Below are positions 1-11,115 of a stretch of 64,000 nt of DNA, piece after piece. The position numbers and the translations under genes are program-made. Numbering within the stretch: the first letter of the stretch is position 1; every line of letters begins with the position of its first letter. Under the pieces are notes generated by a model, which saw only the letters and a program-made list of their open reading frames with translations, did no database searches and was not told the DNA's origin. Location: NCBI RefSeq assembly GCF_964204645.1, contig NC_134027.1, positions 10,386,485-10,450,484 on the forward strand. Direction: 5' to 3'. This DNA comes from Tubulanus polymorphus. Lineage: Eukaryota; Animalia; Nemertea.

Positions 1-3000
1 TCTGTCAATGATGGCGGTACGTAGTGGCGCGGATAGCGTGACAGCTTGCGAGGCTTTCACGCCGATGGCCGACTGCGCCAGAAAAGTAATTGAGGAAAAT
101 GGATTCGGCGGAAAAATTCTACTTATTCCGAAACGTTCGACGGATATTGAAGTAGGAATCGGTAAGTCAAAAATTTCTATTGCTATAATTCTTTGTTAGG
201 GATTTCATCAAATGCACAGCTGAAAAACTCACTGTCCTCATTGAGATTCGTTGACAATCTGTGACTATTTGTGAAGCTATTAATTACACCACAAGGCTCG
301 GTGGCAAAACTGTTATAAGGCTTAAGCCACTAAGCTTCAGGGCTTGAATTCTGGTTGTATCTAATATATATATTTATTTTTCATCATTATGTCATGCAAG
401 ATACAATATAGGAGTTAAACATAGTTTTTACAGACATAAGATGAGGGACACAGTGCAAGCCTAGGGCTGTACTTATAATTATTAAGGCAACCGGATAAAG
501 ATTAATAGCAATAAAGGCAATGGTAACAATAATAATAAGTAATAATAATAGTAAATGTACTATTATATTAGTAATAGACAAGGAGAATCACAGTACAATA
601 TTTATGGATTAGCTCATTAATAACTATTCAGCTTCAGATTCTTGAAATCAGATACAAGAGATGATAGGCTTTTAGCATTTCTCAACTTGATTGGTAGGTT
701 TTGCCAGATGATGGGGACTTGAGCAAAAAGCGATTTGTTGAAAATTTCAGTACGATGATATTGGATTCTGGGTAGGTTTTTTCTTCTGGTATTGTATGTA
801 TGGTGTAAAGAATTTGGATTGAATAGCTTGAGAATTGGATGTGGAAGGATTTTATTTACGTATTGATAGCCAAATTTAATCAGTTCTAATTCGACAAGGT
901 CTTCAAATTTGAGGATTTTATACTTTTTGAAAAGAGGACTAGTATGGGCGTTAAATGATGAATTATCAATGTATCTGATGGCTTTTTTCTGTAGTTTGAA
1001 TAAAGTGTTTACTTGGGATTTAGATAGCATTGGGCCCCAGGCTACTAATGCATAGGTAAGGTGGGAATGTACATAGCTATGATAGAGTAGACGTTTAGCC
1101 CATGGTAGGAGAAAATTTTTTACACTACGGAGAAGAAATATGTTTTTGTTAATTTTAGAGACAAGCTGTTTCAAGTGTGAATCCCAGTTGAGTTGGTCTT
1201 CAATTGTTAATCCTAGGAATTTGCATGATTTAGTGGGTGTTATAGTCACTGGACCAAATCTTAAGTGGATGTCTTCAAGTTTTTTATTCGAGAAAAGGAT
1301 TGCATGAGTTTTTGGTATGTTTAGCGTTAATAAATTTGCGCGGAACCAGTCAATTAAAATCTTGATATCTTCGTCAATGACTTTTTGGATTGAATCAATT
1401 TTATCAATTTCAAAAAGAATATTAGCATCATCTGCGAAAAGAATTGTTTTGGAACTTTTTAGGTCATGATTAAGGTCATTAATATATATAAAAAAAAGCA
1501 AAGGACCGAGTACCGAGCCCTGGGGGACACCAAATTTGATAGGTTTTAATTGAGAATCTGTATTCAGCTTATAATTAACATACATTTTTCTGTTTGTAAG
1601 ATAACTTTCAAACCATTTATAGCAGTGACCCCTGATTCCATAATGGGAAAGCTTAAAGAGTAGGTGACTAACATCAAGGGAATCAAAAGCTTTTGACAAA
1701 TCTAAAAAGAATGCGAGAGATGTTTTTTTATTTTCAATGTTATTTAGTATGGCGCCTAGAAATTCATTTATAGCGTGGCCCGTTGAGTGATTTGGTCTAA
1801 ACCCATACTGGCTCGTATAGATTATATTATTCTTGACTAAAAAAGAATAAAGCCTAGAATGTACGAGTTTCTCGAGGATTTTGGAGAAAACTGGCATCAG
1901 CGAAATTGGTCTGTAATTAGAAAAAAGATCTTTGTCGTTGTTTTTGAATATAGGGATAACCTTCGCTATTTTCATATCATCAGGGAAAATTCCTTCCTCG
2001 AGAGATTTATTCATTATTAGGGTTAATGGTTTGAGAATATTTTGCTTTACTTTTTTAACTATTAAATTATTAATATTATCGTGACCAGAACTGAATTTGT
2101 TGGGCAGAGATTTTATTAGTAAATCAATTTCCTGTTCATTTGTAGGGCTAAGAAACATTGAGTTAGGGTTTTGGTTTGGTAAATAACTAGTAAAGTCTCT
2201 GTTCGATTTCGGAATCTCATTTGCAAATCTTTCTCCAATAGTACAGAAATAATCATTGAAGCCATTTGAGATCATCATTGGATAAGATGTCACTTTGCCG
2301 TTAATTATAAAGCTATTAGTTGTCACTGAAGTTTTATCTCGGTTTTTCCCAATGGCTGTTTTCATAAATTGCCAGAGCTTTTTAGAATTATTTTTAAACA
2401 TGGTTAATTTGTTTGAATAGTAATCAAGTTTTTGTCGTCTTTTGATATAGTTCAGATTGTTTCTATATAGGACATATTCCTTATATTTCTGGTCATTTTT
2501 ATTTAGGTGAATACAATTCTTATATAGTTTATCACATTTCCGTGACGATTTTAAAATGGATGGCGTCATCCATTCTTCTCTAATGTGATTTCTAGCTTTA
2601 ACTTTCATTACAGGCGCTACACCACTATATTACTGAGTTTATTGATAAAATAAGAATAACTTTCATTGGCATTCATGTGAGCGAGGCCAGTCCAGTCAGT
2701 TGTTAGTGATTTTCTATTGATAAGGGCAAAGTTATTTTAAGATAGGTTACGCTTGGTGGTTTCAGTGCTTTCTCGATACTTGGTAATTCCTCTTATTGAT
2801 ACTATACAAGGTGAGTGATCTGAAATATGAGTGGTCAAAATTGCACTAGTGGCCCGTGAACAGAGATTTGGTTATAAATAGATATTATCAATCAAGGTAG
2901 CACTTGAGTGAGTAATTCTAGTTGGTCTCAAGATGGAAGGAAACAAATTGCTATTTAGGTTACAGTCTAAAAAATTTGGATGTATTATTATGAGAATTAA

Positions 3001-6000
3001 TCTTAATATAATCTATATTTTGATCCATTCCAAGAATAATGTCACTTTTTTCCTTTTTGATTGTTTTAAGTAAGTTATCATAGCTTGAAATAAAGTCATT
3101 CACAGGGGTGCCAGGTACTCTATAGACTTCACCAATAATCAAATTGTTTTGAAAGGATTTGCCCTTCCTGATCTCAATGAAACAAGATTCATATTTGCCT
3201 TCCTCATAAAAGTTTAGGTCGGTCCGCGTTCTGAATGATAAACTATTTTTCACAAAAAGTGCAACTTCCCCTCTAGATAAGTTTTTACGGTGTACCTCAA
3301 ATAATGAGTATCCTGGTAAAATATAAGTTTGAGCATTATGATCAGTAAGGAATGTTTCACAGAGCATAATTACATGTAGTTCAATATTTTGATGCCTAAA
3401 GTTTTCAATTAACATTTTCAAATTATCAATTTTACTTGGGAGACTATGTATGTTACACTGTAGAACGTTAAACGTAGAACTTTTTTCACTGTTAATTAAA
3501 TCAGAGAAATTATCCGGTTCAATATATGGACACCTAAAATTATAGATTACAGATCCTTCATCATCTAGAATATTGTTTAGATTGTAATCATCATCTTTAA
3601 ATCTATTGAAAAAATTCTCATTGCCTAAACACATGGGCCCTATTCAAAGAAATTTGATAAGTTTGATAAGTTTGAGCTGAAAAAAAACAAACGAATAATT
3701 AAGAAAAAAAAAATGAATAAAATAATTATGATAATAGTATTTATATAAGGATACCGAAAAAGGAAAGGAATAAATTGCAATATCCTTTCACACTAAAGCG
3801 ACATCACAACGAGTGATGGCAAGTGATCAAGTTAATGTATTGAGAATATCCCCACTAAGTTAAATACCTAATGGCATAGAAAGACAGATAATAAAGAATG
3901 CCTAGGTATAATGTCAGGCATTTTAACCATTAGATTTATCAAAAACTGATATAATTAATTTTTATATAGCCCTATGCCGATTAAAAGGATAAAAAAATAC
4001 CTTTGAAACTGTCAATAATACTCAGTGGGTTGCAGGATTAAACAAATTTTTATGTGCCTATTCCAATATCAGTATATGTACATGTATAATGACTCTATGA
4101 TAGCCAAAACATTCTTTTCAGGAGCCCTACTTATTAATTTATACCTGCTTTTCCAGGTGGTGATATGACGCAACGTGCCAATATTTTGGTAACAGAAGTA
4201 TTCGATACCGAACTGATTGGTGAAGGTGGTATATCTACGTTCAACCATGCTCACAAATACCTACTCGATGTAAGTTAATTTTTGGGAAGGTCTAGAAGTA
4301 GATCTTTTAATAATCCTGGCATTGTAGCTGAATCATCTTTGCCTATTATTAGGACATAAGGCTATGTTTCTCATTTCTGCTGAGCTTATGAGTTTACCCA
4401 GCTGACCGCCAATCTACCCTGTACATAACTTTTTTTTAAATCATCATATGGATATACGTTTTAGACATACATCTTCATACCTAAAGATTATTTATTACAC
4501 TACAGGATGATTGCATCGTTGTACCGTCTAGAGGTCGAATGTACATGCAAGTTGTCGACTCGCAATTAGTGGAACGTTGGCATAATTTGAAACGGATAAA
4601 AGTCAATGATTCGGCGTCGATCGAAATTCCCGCCGAAGTTCGACAATGTCTCGGAGTTGCGTCGGTTCACGATATTCAACTTGACCAGCTTCGCACTGAT
4701 CAATTCACACCGATCACTAAACCAGAAAAAATATTCGAGTACGTATCAAAAAGTAGTCAGCCACAGATTTTCCTGTCTAGGGCAAAAGACCTGTATTTTG
4801 TCCTTGCAACTTCAGTTGATACGATTCTGTGAAACCCAATCATTACGATGATGCCTCAGCTAAAGATATTTATATAAATCCAGATTTGGATAATACGAAA
4901 TCCGTTGAATACAATAATTTAACTTTTGCCAACAAGATTCATATTAATGAGGTTCCACTGTTGTCAGAATAATCCATGATATACCAGCATACTCTCTATA
5001 CTGCAAAATCCTGAATCACTAATGTGGGTGGTATATCGGGGGTTGACTGTACATAAAGTCAAATGTGTAGAACAGTAAAAGTAAATATCCTAACCCTTAG
5101 TAGCCCATATGTGATTATAGTTGAAAATCTCAATTTCAAGTCCAGAAACCTATCTCACGGGAATGCAATCGGAGTTTTGATAATTTATTGTAACACGGAT
5201 GAAATGCCTTTTATCGTTTTATGTTTAGTTTTGATTTCACTGGTAAGCCACTGCTGCAGGAAGACCGGTGTTCGGTGAAAACTGTTCTCGCTGAAAATTC
5301 CGGCCTGTGTCACGGAATTTTCATGTGGTGGGATCTCGATATGGACCAATGTGGTGATGTTTTACTCAGTTGCGCTCCTCGATGGGCTCACCCAGAACCA
5401 GAGAAAATGCCGGTTGGTAATGATTTCACATTCCATTCGTAATGAATTAATTTCGGGATTCGTTAAACCCCTTCATCTCCTTATCTGTAATACAGAAAAG
5501 ATTGCAATACAAGCTTTTAGTCAAAGTATTCGATCTAGTCTCAAGTAAAGACTGAAGGATTTAAAAAAAATTTGAATACAGCATTCATCATCATCATTAG
5601 TTATGAAGGATCTGTGATAGGCTCGGGGAGCCTGCGGTTATCCTCCTCGAAAAAGTTCGGAGAATGACATCGCAAGGCATTGCATTTCTCTTGCAGTCAT
5701 CTTTTAAGCTCAGGGCAAGTCTTTTGATGTCAAGAGTGAAGTTGTATAAATTTATCGATATAATTTCAGTGGCGAGACCATTGGATGCAAGCCTGTTACT
5801 ATCCACGAAAGATTGTCGGTGTCGATAAAGGTGAACAGATTCGCATTCATGGATGTCATGATGAGTACAGTTTATGGTTTGATGTGTCCAAACAAGAAAG
5901 GTATAGTGATAACTATGATACTTCGCTTTAGTTCGTGAAGGGTTTTGCCTTAGGGATACTACTATGGCAAGCCAGGCTCGCTTGGTTTTCCGCGCTTCGA

Positions 6001-8877
6001 TTTCAATGGCCTATGGTTCTGTATGTCATTTCAGTGGTGAGAACAGTGCTCCAGAAAGACCAGTGTGCAGGTGTCGTGCACACATTGCATTTAGTCGTTC
6101 ACGAATCCAATCCTTGAATAATCAAACTACATACGACAAATACATCAAAGCTCTTGAAAAAGTAGGTCTTACTTTCCACACTGGGCAGGTTTATATGTAA
6201 CAGGAAGAAATGTCTGTCCTTCCCGAGATTCGAACTCTCGATGCCTGGCGTCCAAGGCAGACGCTCTACCGCTGAGCCAAAGGGAATATTCCCGCTAGAT
6301 GAGCTAGTAGGAACACTGTTATACACCCTGTCACATATACTTGTGCAGTAGACTTCGCCTATAGTGGTACCGGTCTATTCTGTAATCCGTTCAGAGTCCT
6401 AAAACAATGAAAATATTTTTCTGTCCCTACTGTTTGTGAATGTAAAACACCCGAAAATCTATACTGGTATTTGTCTAGGCTGGTGACATTATGGCTCGAC
6501 TCTACCGCTATAGGTGGAGTCTAATGATTCTTTGTCAACCAACTAGACTTGTCACCAGCTACGTAAGATGCATCCTCTATCATATGGTCTTATGATAATC
6601 ATCAGAAAGTCATCATGTAGGTTGTACATTTAATGAACAGATTGGCTTCAAATCAGGATAAAAAACCTGCTTGCAAACTTTCTTGATTTGACATTGGGTA
6701 GATTCTTGTCAATCTTGTGAACTTTCTCTGAGAAATGACTGTAGTTTTTTTCAAATTTGATAAATAGGTCATAACTAGTGAAAGTGTTTGCGTGTCTCTC
6801 AGTGATGGCTCATATCTACCTCTAATAGCTGCTAAACTTGGTTGTAAAAAGGTATGTCTAATCATGTTTTTGATGAAATTCTTTTGATATCAAGTTTGAA
6901 ATGCTGGTTAACACATACCTTGAGCGTAGCGCTCGTTTAAGTAGCCGTCTGCTTGTTACTGACATCGTATTGCATTATTTTTCAGGTGCTAACCGTCGAA
7001 TCGAATTTGTTGTCGAAAAAGGTGCTACAGTCGTACGCGAATACGAACAATCTAGGGAATTTCGTAACGATATTCGATTCACTAGAACTCATGAATGAAC
7101 ACATCGAAAATCAAAATTTGAAGGTAGGGTAGATTTTTTAGAAGTGTAAAGTGTACTCTTGTACTGTACTGCTTTAATGATATTTGCCCATGCATGTACA
7201 TGCACAGTAAAAAGCCCTTTATAATAAAATCAATTGGTGCCAACAGTGGCATTGTAAATTATAATGCCACTGTTGGGACCATTATAACAAAATTTGCGTT
7301 ACACAAAATGATATTTTCATTGAATTTGAGTTAGACCTGGGTAGATTTTTACTGGCCGGTTTTTTATCCAAAAAATGCTGGCATTAAGCGAGCAATGGCA
7401 TTAAAGAGGATGGGTGGCATTATAGTAGACTTTGATTGTACATGTATATGTAATGTATACAGTAGACTCTGCCATACTGAGCGGCATTGGGACCAGACCG
7501 GTAATTAGGTTATTATTTCACTGAGTTGACTGAATACTGAGTTGCCTTGAGTGGTTTCCCAGTCAACCAGTGTTAGGTAAGGTAGGGTCTACTTTATAAT
7601 TTATCTCATGCAGGGCAAATGATTGCAATCAGGTTATTTTTTTTTCATTTCAGATTGATGTCATCGTTGGTGAGCCATTTTTCTACTCCAGTCTTCTACC
7701 GTGGCACAATCTTCACTTCTGGTACGGAGCCAGTACCATATTAGAGCATTCTAGTCCAGACGTTCATATCATTCCAAAATCAGCGACGATGAAATGCGTT
7801 GCCCTCGACTTCGATGACCTCGGCAAAATACGGGCCCCGGTTGGAATCTGTGAAGGCTTCAATCTAGACACATTTGATAAGACAATTGCGGTAGGTTTAT
7901 TGTTACTAGCGAAATCACTGTCTTGGGAACGGTCGAATCTAGGATCAATTGAATGTTTACTTTTACTCCAAGGTCAGACTCACCTCCTAAATCGTCTTGC
8001 TATAAGTCGTAGAATCATGAAGGTTGTAGTATAATGAAAACCCTGGTTGAATTCTATTCAATGCCTTTAGAAAATGATTGATCCCCATTTCCTATATAAC
8101 AACTAGAATCGAGAAACATAGGGATACAGTTCTTGTGTACATTTTGGGGTCAGGAAACGAATAGAAATGCTTCGGGTTCAAACAGCAGACCTGACATGTG
8201 TTGCCAAACAGTTTTATTGATAAGGATGGTGACAGTCAATAATATTGTCGGGGTGTACAGACAGCATATTGATAGCTCCATGAATTTGTATCGTCTTTAT
8301 TGTGTGATAAGTTCCAGAATGTCTGCACCACTTCTGACCTGATCATTTGCACTTACAGAAAGCGTCCGACCTCGTAGATGCTTTAGTCGAGCCTCAACCA
8401 CTGTGGGAATATCCTAGCATCGCTTTGACCGCCGTCTCTGACGTCATATCATTCGACTTCAAGAAAAACGTCTATCATACGTTTACAGAAAAATGCACAA
8501 AAAAGTTAGAATTCGAAAGGTAAGATTCATACGTAGCTATATCTTGCCCACTCATGAAAAGTTAACTCTTCAGTCCGTTTAATTTCTTCATTCTTTGCGG
8601 CCCAGTCAATTCAATATACAGTATTTTTTATCATTTCAGGAAAGGACGGTGCAATGGTGTTGCATTTTGGATGGAGTACGAGTTAGACGACGATGAACAC
8701 GTATCGCGAGGAACGCTTAAACCGCTGAATGTTGGCAATAAACCCACATGGGACATCGAAACGCAACAAGGGGTCCATTTACTGAAACAACCGTTCAACG
8801 TACAAGTCGGAGCTGCTTTAAACATCGATGTCGAATTTAAACCAGACAATGGTGATGTGAAATTCAGTTTTAAGTAA
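1..8877 (+). CDS. PRMT7: Protein arginine N-methyltransferase 7, 3' eleven coding exons (5' end lies left of the window)
   Basis: Exons 1-161, 4157-4269, 4506-4738, 5229-5412, 5770-5900, 6035-6161, 6768-6851, 6986-7123, 7654-7890, 8359-8519, 8640-8877 have GT-AG boundaries with compatible phases. The translation contains PRMT7 motifs [23 protein letters not shown] (double-E loop), [22 protein letters not shown] (DHW loop), second-module GEPFF..LLPWHNL.FWY and EPQPLWEYP. Stop TAA ends at 8877. Confidence 0.95.
617..2608 (-). CDS. LINE ORF2 reverse transcriptase domain (663-aa open segment)
   Basis: Motifs [52 protein letters not shown], and a C-terminal YNTR...IWQNLP typical of CR1/L2-group ORF2. 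Confidence 0.93.
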   Translation of the reverse strand: MKVKARNHIREEWMTPSILKSSRKCDKLYKNCIHLNKNDQKYKEYVLYRNNLNYIKRRQKLDYYSNKLTMFKNNSKKLWQFMKTAIGKNRDKTSVTTNSFIINGKVTSYPMMISNGFNDYFCTIGERFANEIPKSNRDFTSYLPNQNPNSMFLSPTNEQEIDLLIKSLPNKFSSGHDNINNLIVKKVKQNILKPLTLIMNKSLEEGIFPDDMKIAKVIPIFKNNDKDLFSNYRPISLMPVFSKILEKLVHSRLYSFLVKNNIIYTSQYGFRPNHSTGHAINEFLGAILNNIENKKTSLAFFLDLSKAFDSLDVSHLLFKLSHYGIRGHCYKWFESYLTNRKMYVNYKLNTDSQLKPIKFGVPQGSVLGPLLFFIYINDLNHDLKSSKTILFADDANILFEIDKIDSIQKVIDEDIKILIDWFRANLLTLNIPKTHAILFSNKKLEDIHLRFGPVTITPTKSCKFLGLTIEDQLNWDSHLKQLVSKINKNIFLLRSVKNFLLPWAKRLLYHSYVHSHLTYALVAWGPMLSKSQVNTLFKLQKKAIRYIDNSSFNAHTSPLFKKYKILKFEDLVELELIKFGYQYVNKILPHPILKLFNPNSLHHTYNTRRKNLPRIQYHRTEIFNKSLFAQVPIIWQNLPIKLRNAKSLSSLVSDFKNLKLNSY
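2960..3634 (-). pseudogene. LINE ORF2 apurinic/apyrimidinic endonuclease domain, separated from the RT by frameshifts and stops
   Basis: EN motifs lie in the 224-aa ORF. The remaining EN motifs (PTR, IDN, SDH) are in another frame at ~2800-2960 with an in-frame TAA. Confidence 0.88.
6196..6335 (-). mobile_element. 140-bp solo-LTR-like element containing a tRNA-derived Pol III promoter (Helenus-type TRIM candidate)
   Basis: Termini TGTAACAGG...CCTGTCACA (TG..CA, 9-bp imperfect inverted repeat) flanked by TATA at 6192-6195 and 6336-6339. The minus strand has A-box TGGCTCAGCGG and B-box GTTCGAATC with tRNA-like spacing. No poly-A or microsatellite tail. Confidence 0.7.
6346..6526. mobile_element. 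Tc1/mariner-pogo-like MITE
   Basis: Inverted ends CAGTAGACTTCGCCTATAGTGGTA / TACCGCTATAGGTGGAGTCTAATG. Confidence 0.6.
7205..7594. mobile_element. Two adjacent Tc1/pogo-like MITEs (7205-7438, 7460-7594)
   Basis: Degenerate CAGT-start inverted ends: CAGTAAAAAGCCCTTTATAAT / ATTATAGTAGACTTTGATTG and CAGTAGACTCTGCC / GGTAGGGTCTACTT, mostly TA-flanked. Confidence 0.5.
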
Positions 8878-9202
8878 TACCAGAAACCGCATGCCTGTGT
8901 TTATGAACTGCGAAAGTAATTCTGTGAGAGTTGTCTGACCTGTGTGCATCCAACTGTAATTATCTTCAGGGGTGGCGAGTGAAACTGATTTCAGATATCG
9001 AGATGAATCATGCGTCAGACTAGTCAATTCCCTCAATAATGATTTCATACTGGGATACTGAGAATTTTTATATTTTGACACATTTAGTAAATCTCTAGGG
9101 ATACCTACAAAGAACGAGAACAATACGAAACCTATTAACGACTAATTTTTGTACGAATATGAAATTCAGGACAGCGCTGGAATGATTTGCGACATATAAT
9201 GT

Positions 9203-9217
9203 TTTATTATAAATAAA
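9203..9217. terminator. Back-to-back poly(A) signals: AATAAA on + (9212-9217, PRMT7 candidate) and on - (9203-9208)
   Basis: Sequence TTTATTATAAATAAA ~330 nt after the PRMT7 stop. Confidence 0.4.
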
Positions 9218-9925
9218 TATAAATTCTTCTTACATATGACAGAAATGTTCGGAACAGTGGGTTTCGAAGATAACACAGGTCTAGCAAGCATTTTTATCAT
9301 GATAAGATGTACATTTTACTAGATATACGAGCATAATTCCATAAACATAGTTCTATCATTAAAATGGTAGACGACTTATTTTTACCATATTCATAATGAA
9401 TGAATGGCACTAAAAAATGTTGTATTTCTGCTTTGGTATTCATTACATAACCTTGATTGTAGAAGTGCTTACATTTTGATAAGTAATATTCATCGGTAAA
9501 TGTAAATGTACAGAATGATCAATTTCAAATAAAGAACAAATGGTAGTTCGCTATAATAGGAGTTTTGACTACATTATTGGTATCAGTCTGAATGCTGGAG
9601 ACATTAGTTGGGATATTTGGCGGTCGTCATTTTTTTTTAAGTCTGGTGATAAAATATCTTCAATATCTTTCATTAAGTAAACGTGTGTACTCATCTTGGT
9701 AGGGATAAAAGTTGACATTTCTCTACGAAGATAACCAGTCCCTATTTCAGGGTTTGGTTGTCCATTTTGTTAAGTTAATTATCAACTGCAAAAATGTCAG
9801 CCTTGCCAGTGGTGATCAGAAGAAAGGCGATTGTCAGACATGTCAGACTAGAGGAGGGTTCAGGATGCAGAATGATACCCGCGAATACCAGTGAACCTGC
9901 ATCAGTTGGTTCACATTTCCTAATA

Positions 9926-10095
9926 CAGTCAAACCTAGTTCATACAAAACTTGAGGGCAACAGTGAAATTGTCATATTGAATTGGCTTTTTATTTTCCAA
10001 ATGTGTATTACATGTAATATAGATATCTCAGCTGGGACATGTAGAATTCATCGTAATAAATGGATTAACTGAACGGTATAAATGAGGGTCAACTG
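9926..10095. mobile_element. Tc1/pogo-like MITE
   Basis: TA-CAGTCAAACC ... GGGTCAACTG-TA ends. Confidence 0.5.
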
Positions 10096-11115
10096 TAATC
10101 TGGACCCAGTTCCTTTCGCTGTCTGGAAAAGTCAAAGATGACATGCTTGATAAGTGAACCAATCTGGCTAAAGCAGTCGGTGGGGCATTAACGTAGTCTT
10201 TGCTCAGCTATATACGGTCATAACATGATCAAAATTGCTTTATAAGTATTCAGTTAAGAGATTATTATGGACGGAGATAATTGGTTTGAATGTTGGGGGT
10301 TAACGCTTTTGATCGATTAGGTGAATAATCAAGGCAAAACAACTATGCCGATCATGGTTCATATGTATATAATACAAATATATACTAAACCTAATTCATT
10401 TTGTATGAAAATGTCTTTAATATTTAGCTACAAAATACAAGTTACACGTTATATCAAAAATACATAAAGAATGTATTCATACATATTTTTGGTTATATGT
10501 TAACTCTATCTATATACAGGGCAAGGTAATTTATCAATCGTCTATGAAAAGTCATGGTTTTCTTAATCTCCTCACGTTTATCATTAATTCTGGAACCCTC
10601 TTTATGCTTATGTAATAAGCGGATGACTGAAATATAAACTGGTAGTCTCATTCAGTATACGGGGAGAAAACAATAGTACTACATTATGTTGACCGAACAT
10701 TACGTATGTGTGTCTTAAATCATTTTGACATAAGGCATGTGTATGAAAGCTGTTTGATGTCAAAACAAAATGTCTGCTCATCAATTTTAAATCAATGAAC
10801 ACAAATAAGACAAAACGTTCTTCAAATGTTGGCCGAACGGCTTACAGAAACCTGTTTTGTTTGCACAAACTTAGATTTTCAAATATCACAAAAAGCACTT
10901 TCGAATTACATAATCAATATTGTTTTCTTGGATATTCTGAAATATTTAAACAATCTTATGTCTACATGGTAACAATGACACGATTTCATGATCCACAAAT
11001 TATCCAATGAAGCAGGGCCTCTTCTATGTAAATTAATATTCAGTATTGCCTTTTCGATTGACATAGATAGGAGAGAACAGTTTTCAGAATCAGCTATCCG
11101 TTGCTGGATTCAACT

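Larger units (their letters stand above)
362..4050 (-). mobile_element. Non-LTR retrotransposon (CR1/L2/Crack-like LINE), 5'-truncated and partly disabled, antisense in a PRMT7 intron
   Basis: APE endonuclease ORF 2960-3634 (CNIHSL, LCETFL, GEVYRVP) continues after a frameshift as [16 protein letters not shown]...ISDH. RT ORF 617-2608 follows. The 3' end has AATAAA plus a (TA)n tail at ~362-380 on the minus strand. No ORF1 seen; the right boundary is approximate. Confidence 0.92.

Noticed and set aside
387-581. Hydrophobic 64-aa ORF
   Set aside because: Lies in the AT-rich (TAA/TTA-repeat) 3' UTR of the LINE.
6216-6286. Functional tRNA-Pro gene
   Set aside because: Acceptor and anticodon stems pair poorly and the sequence is embedded in a TG..CA element with a TSD; treated as TE-derived.
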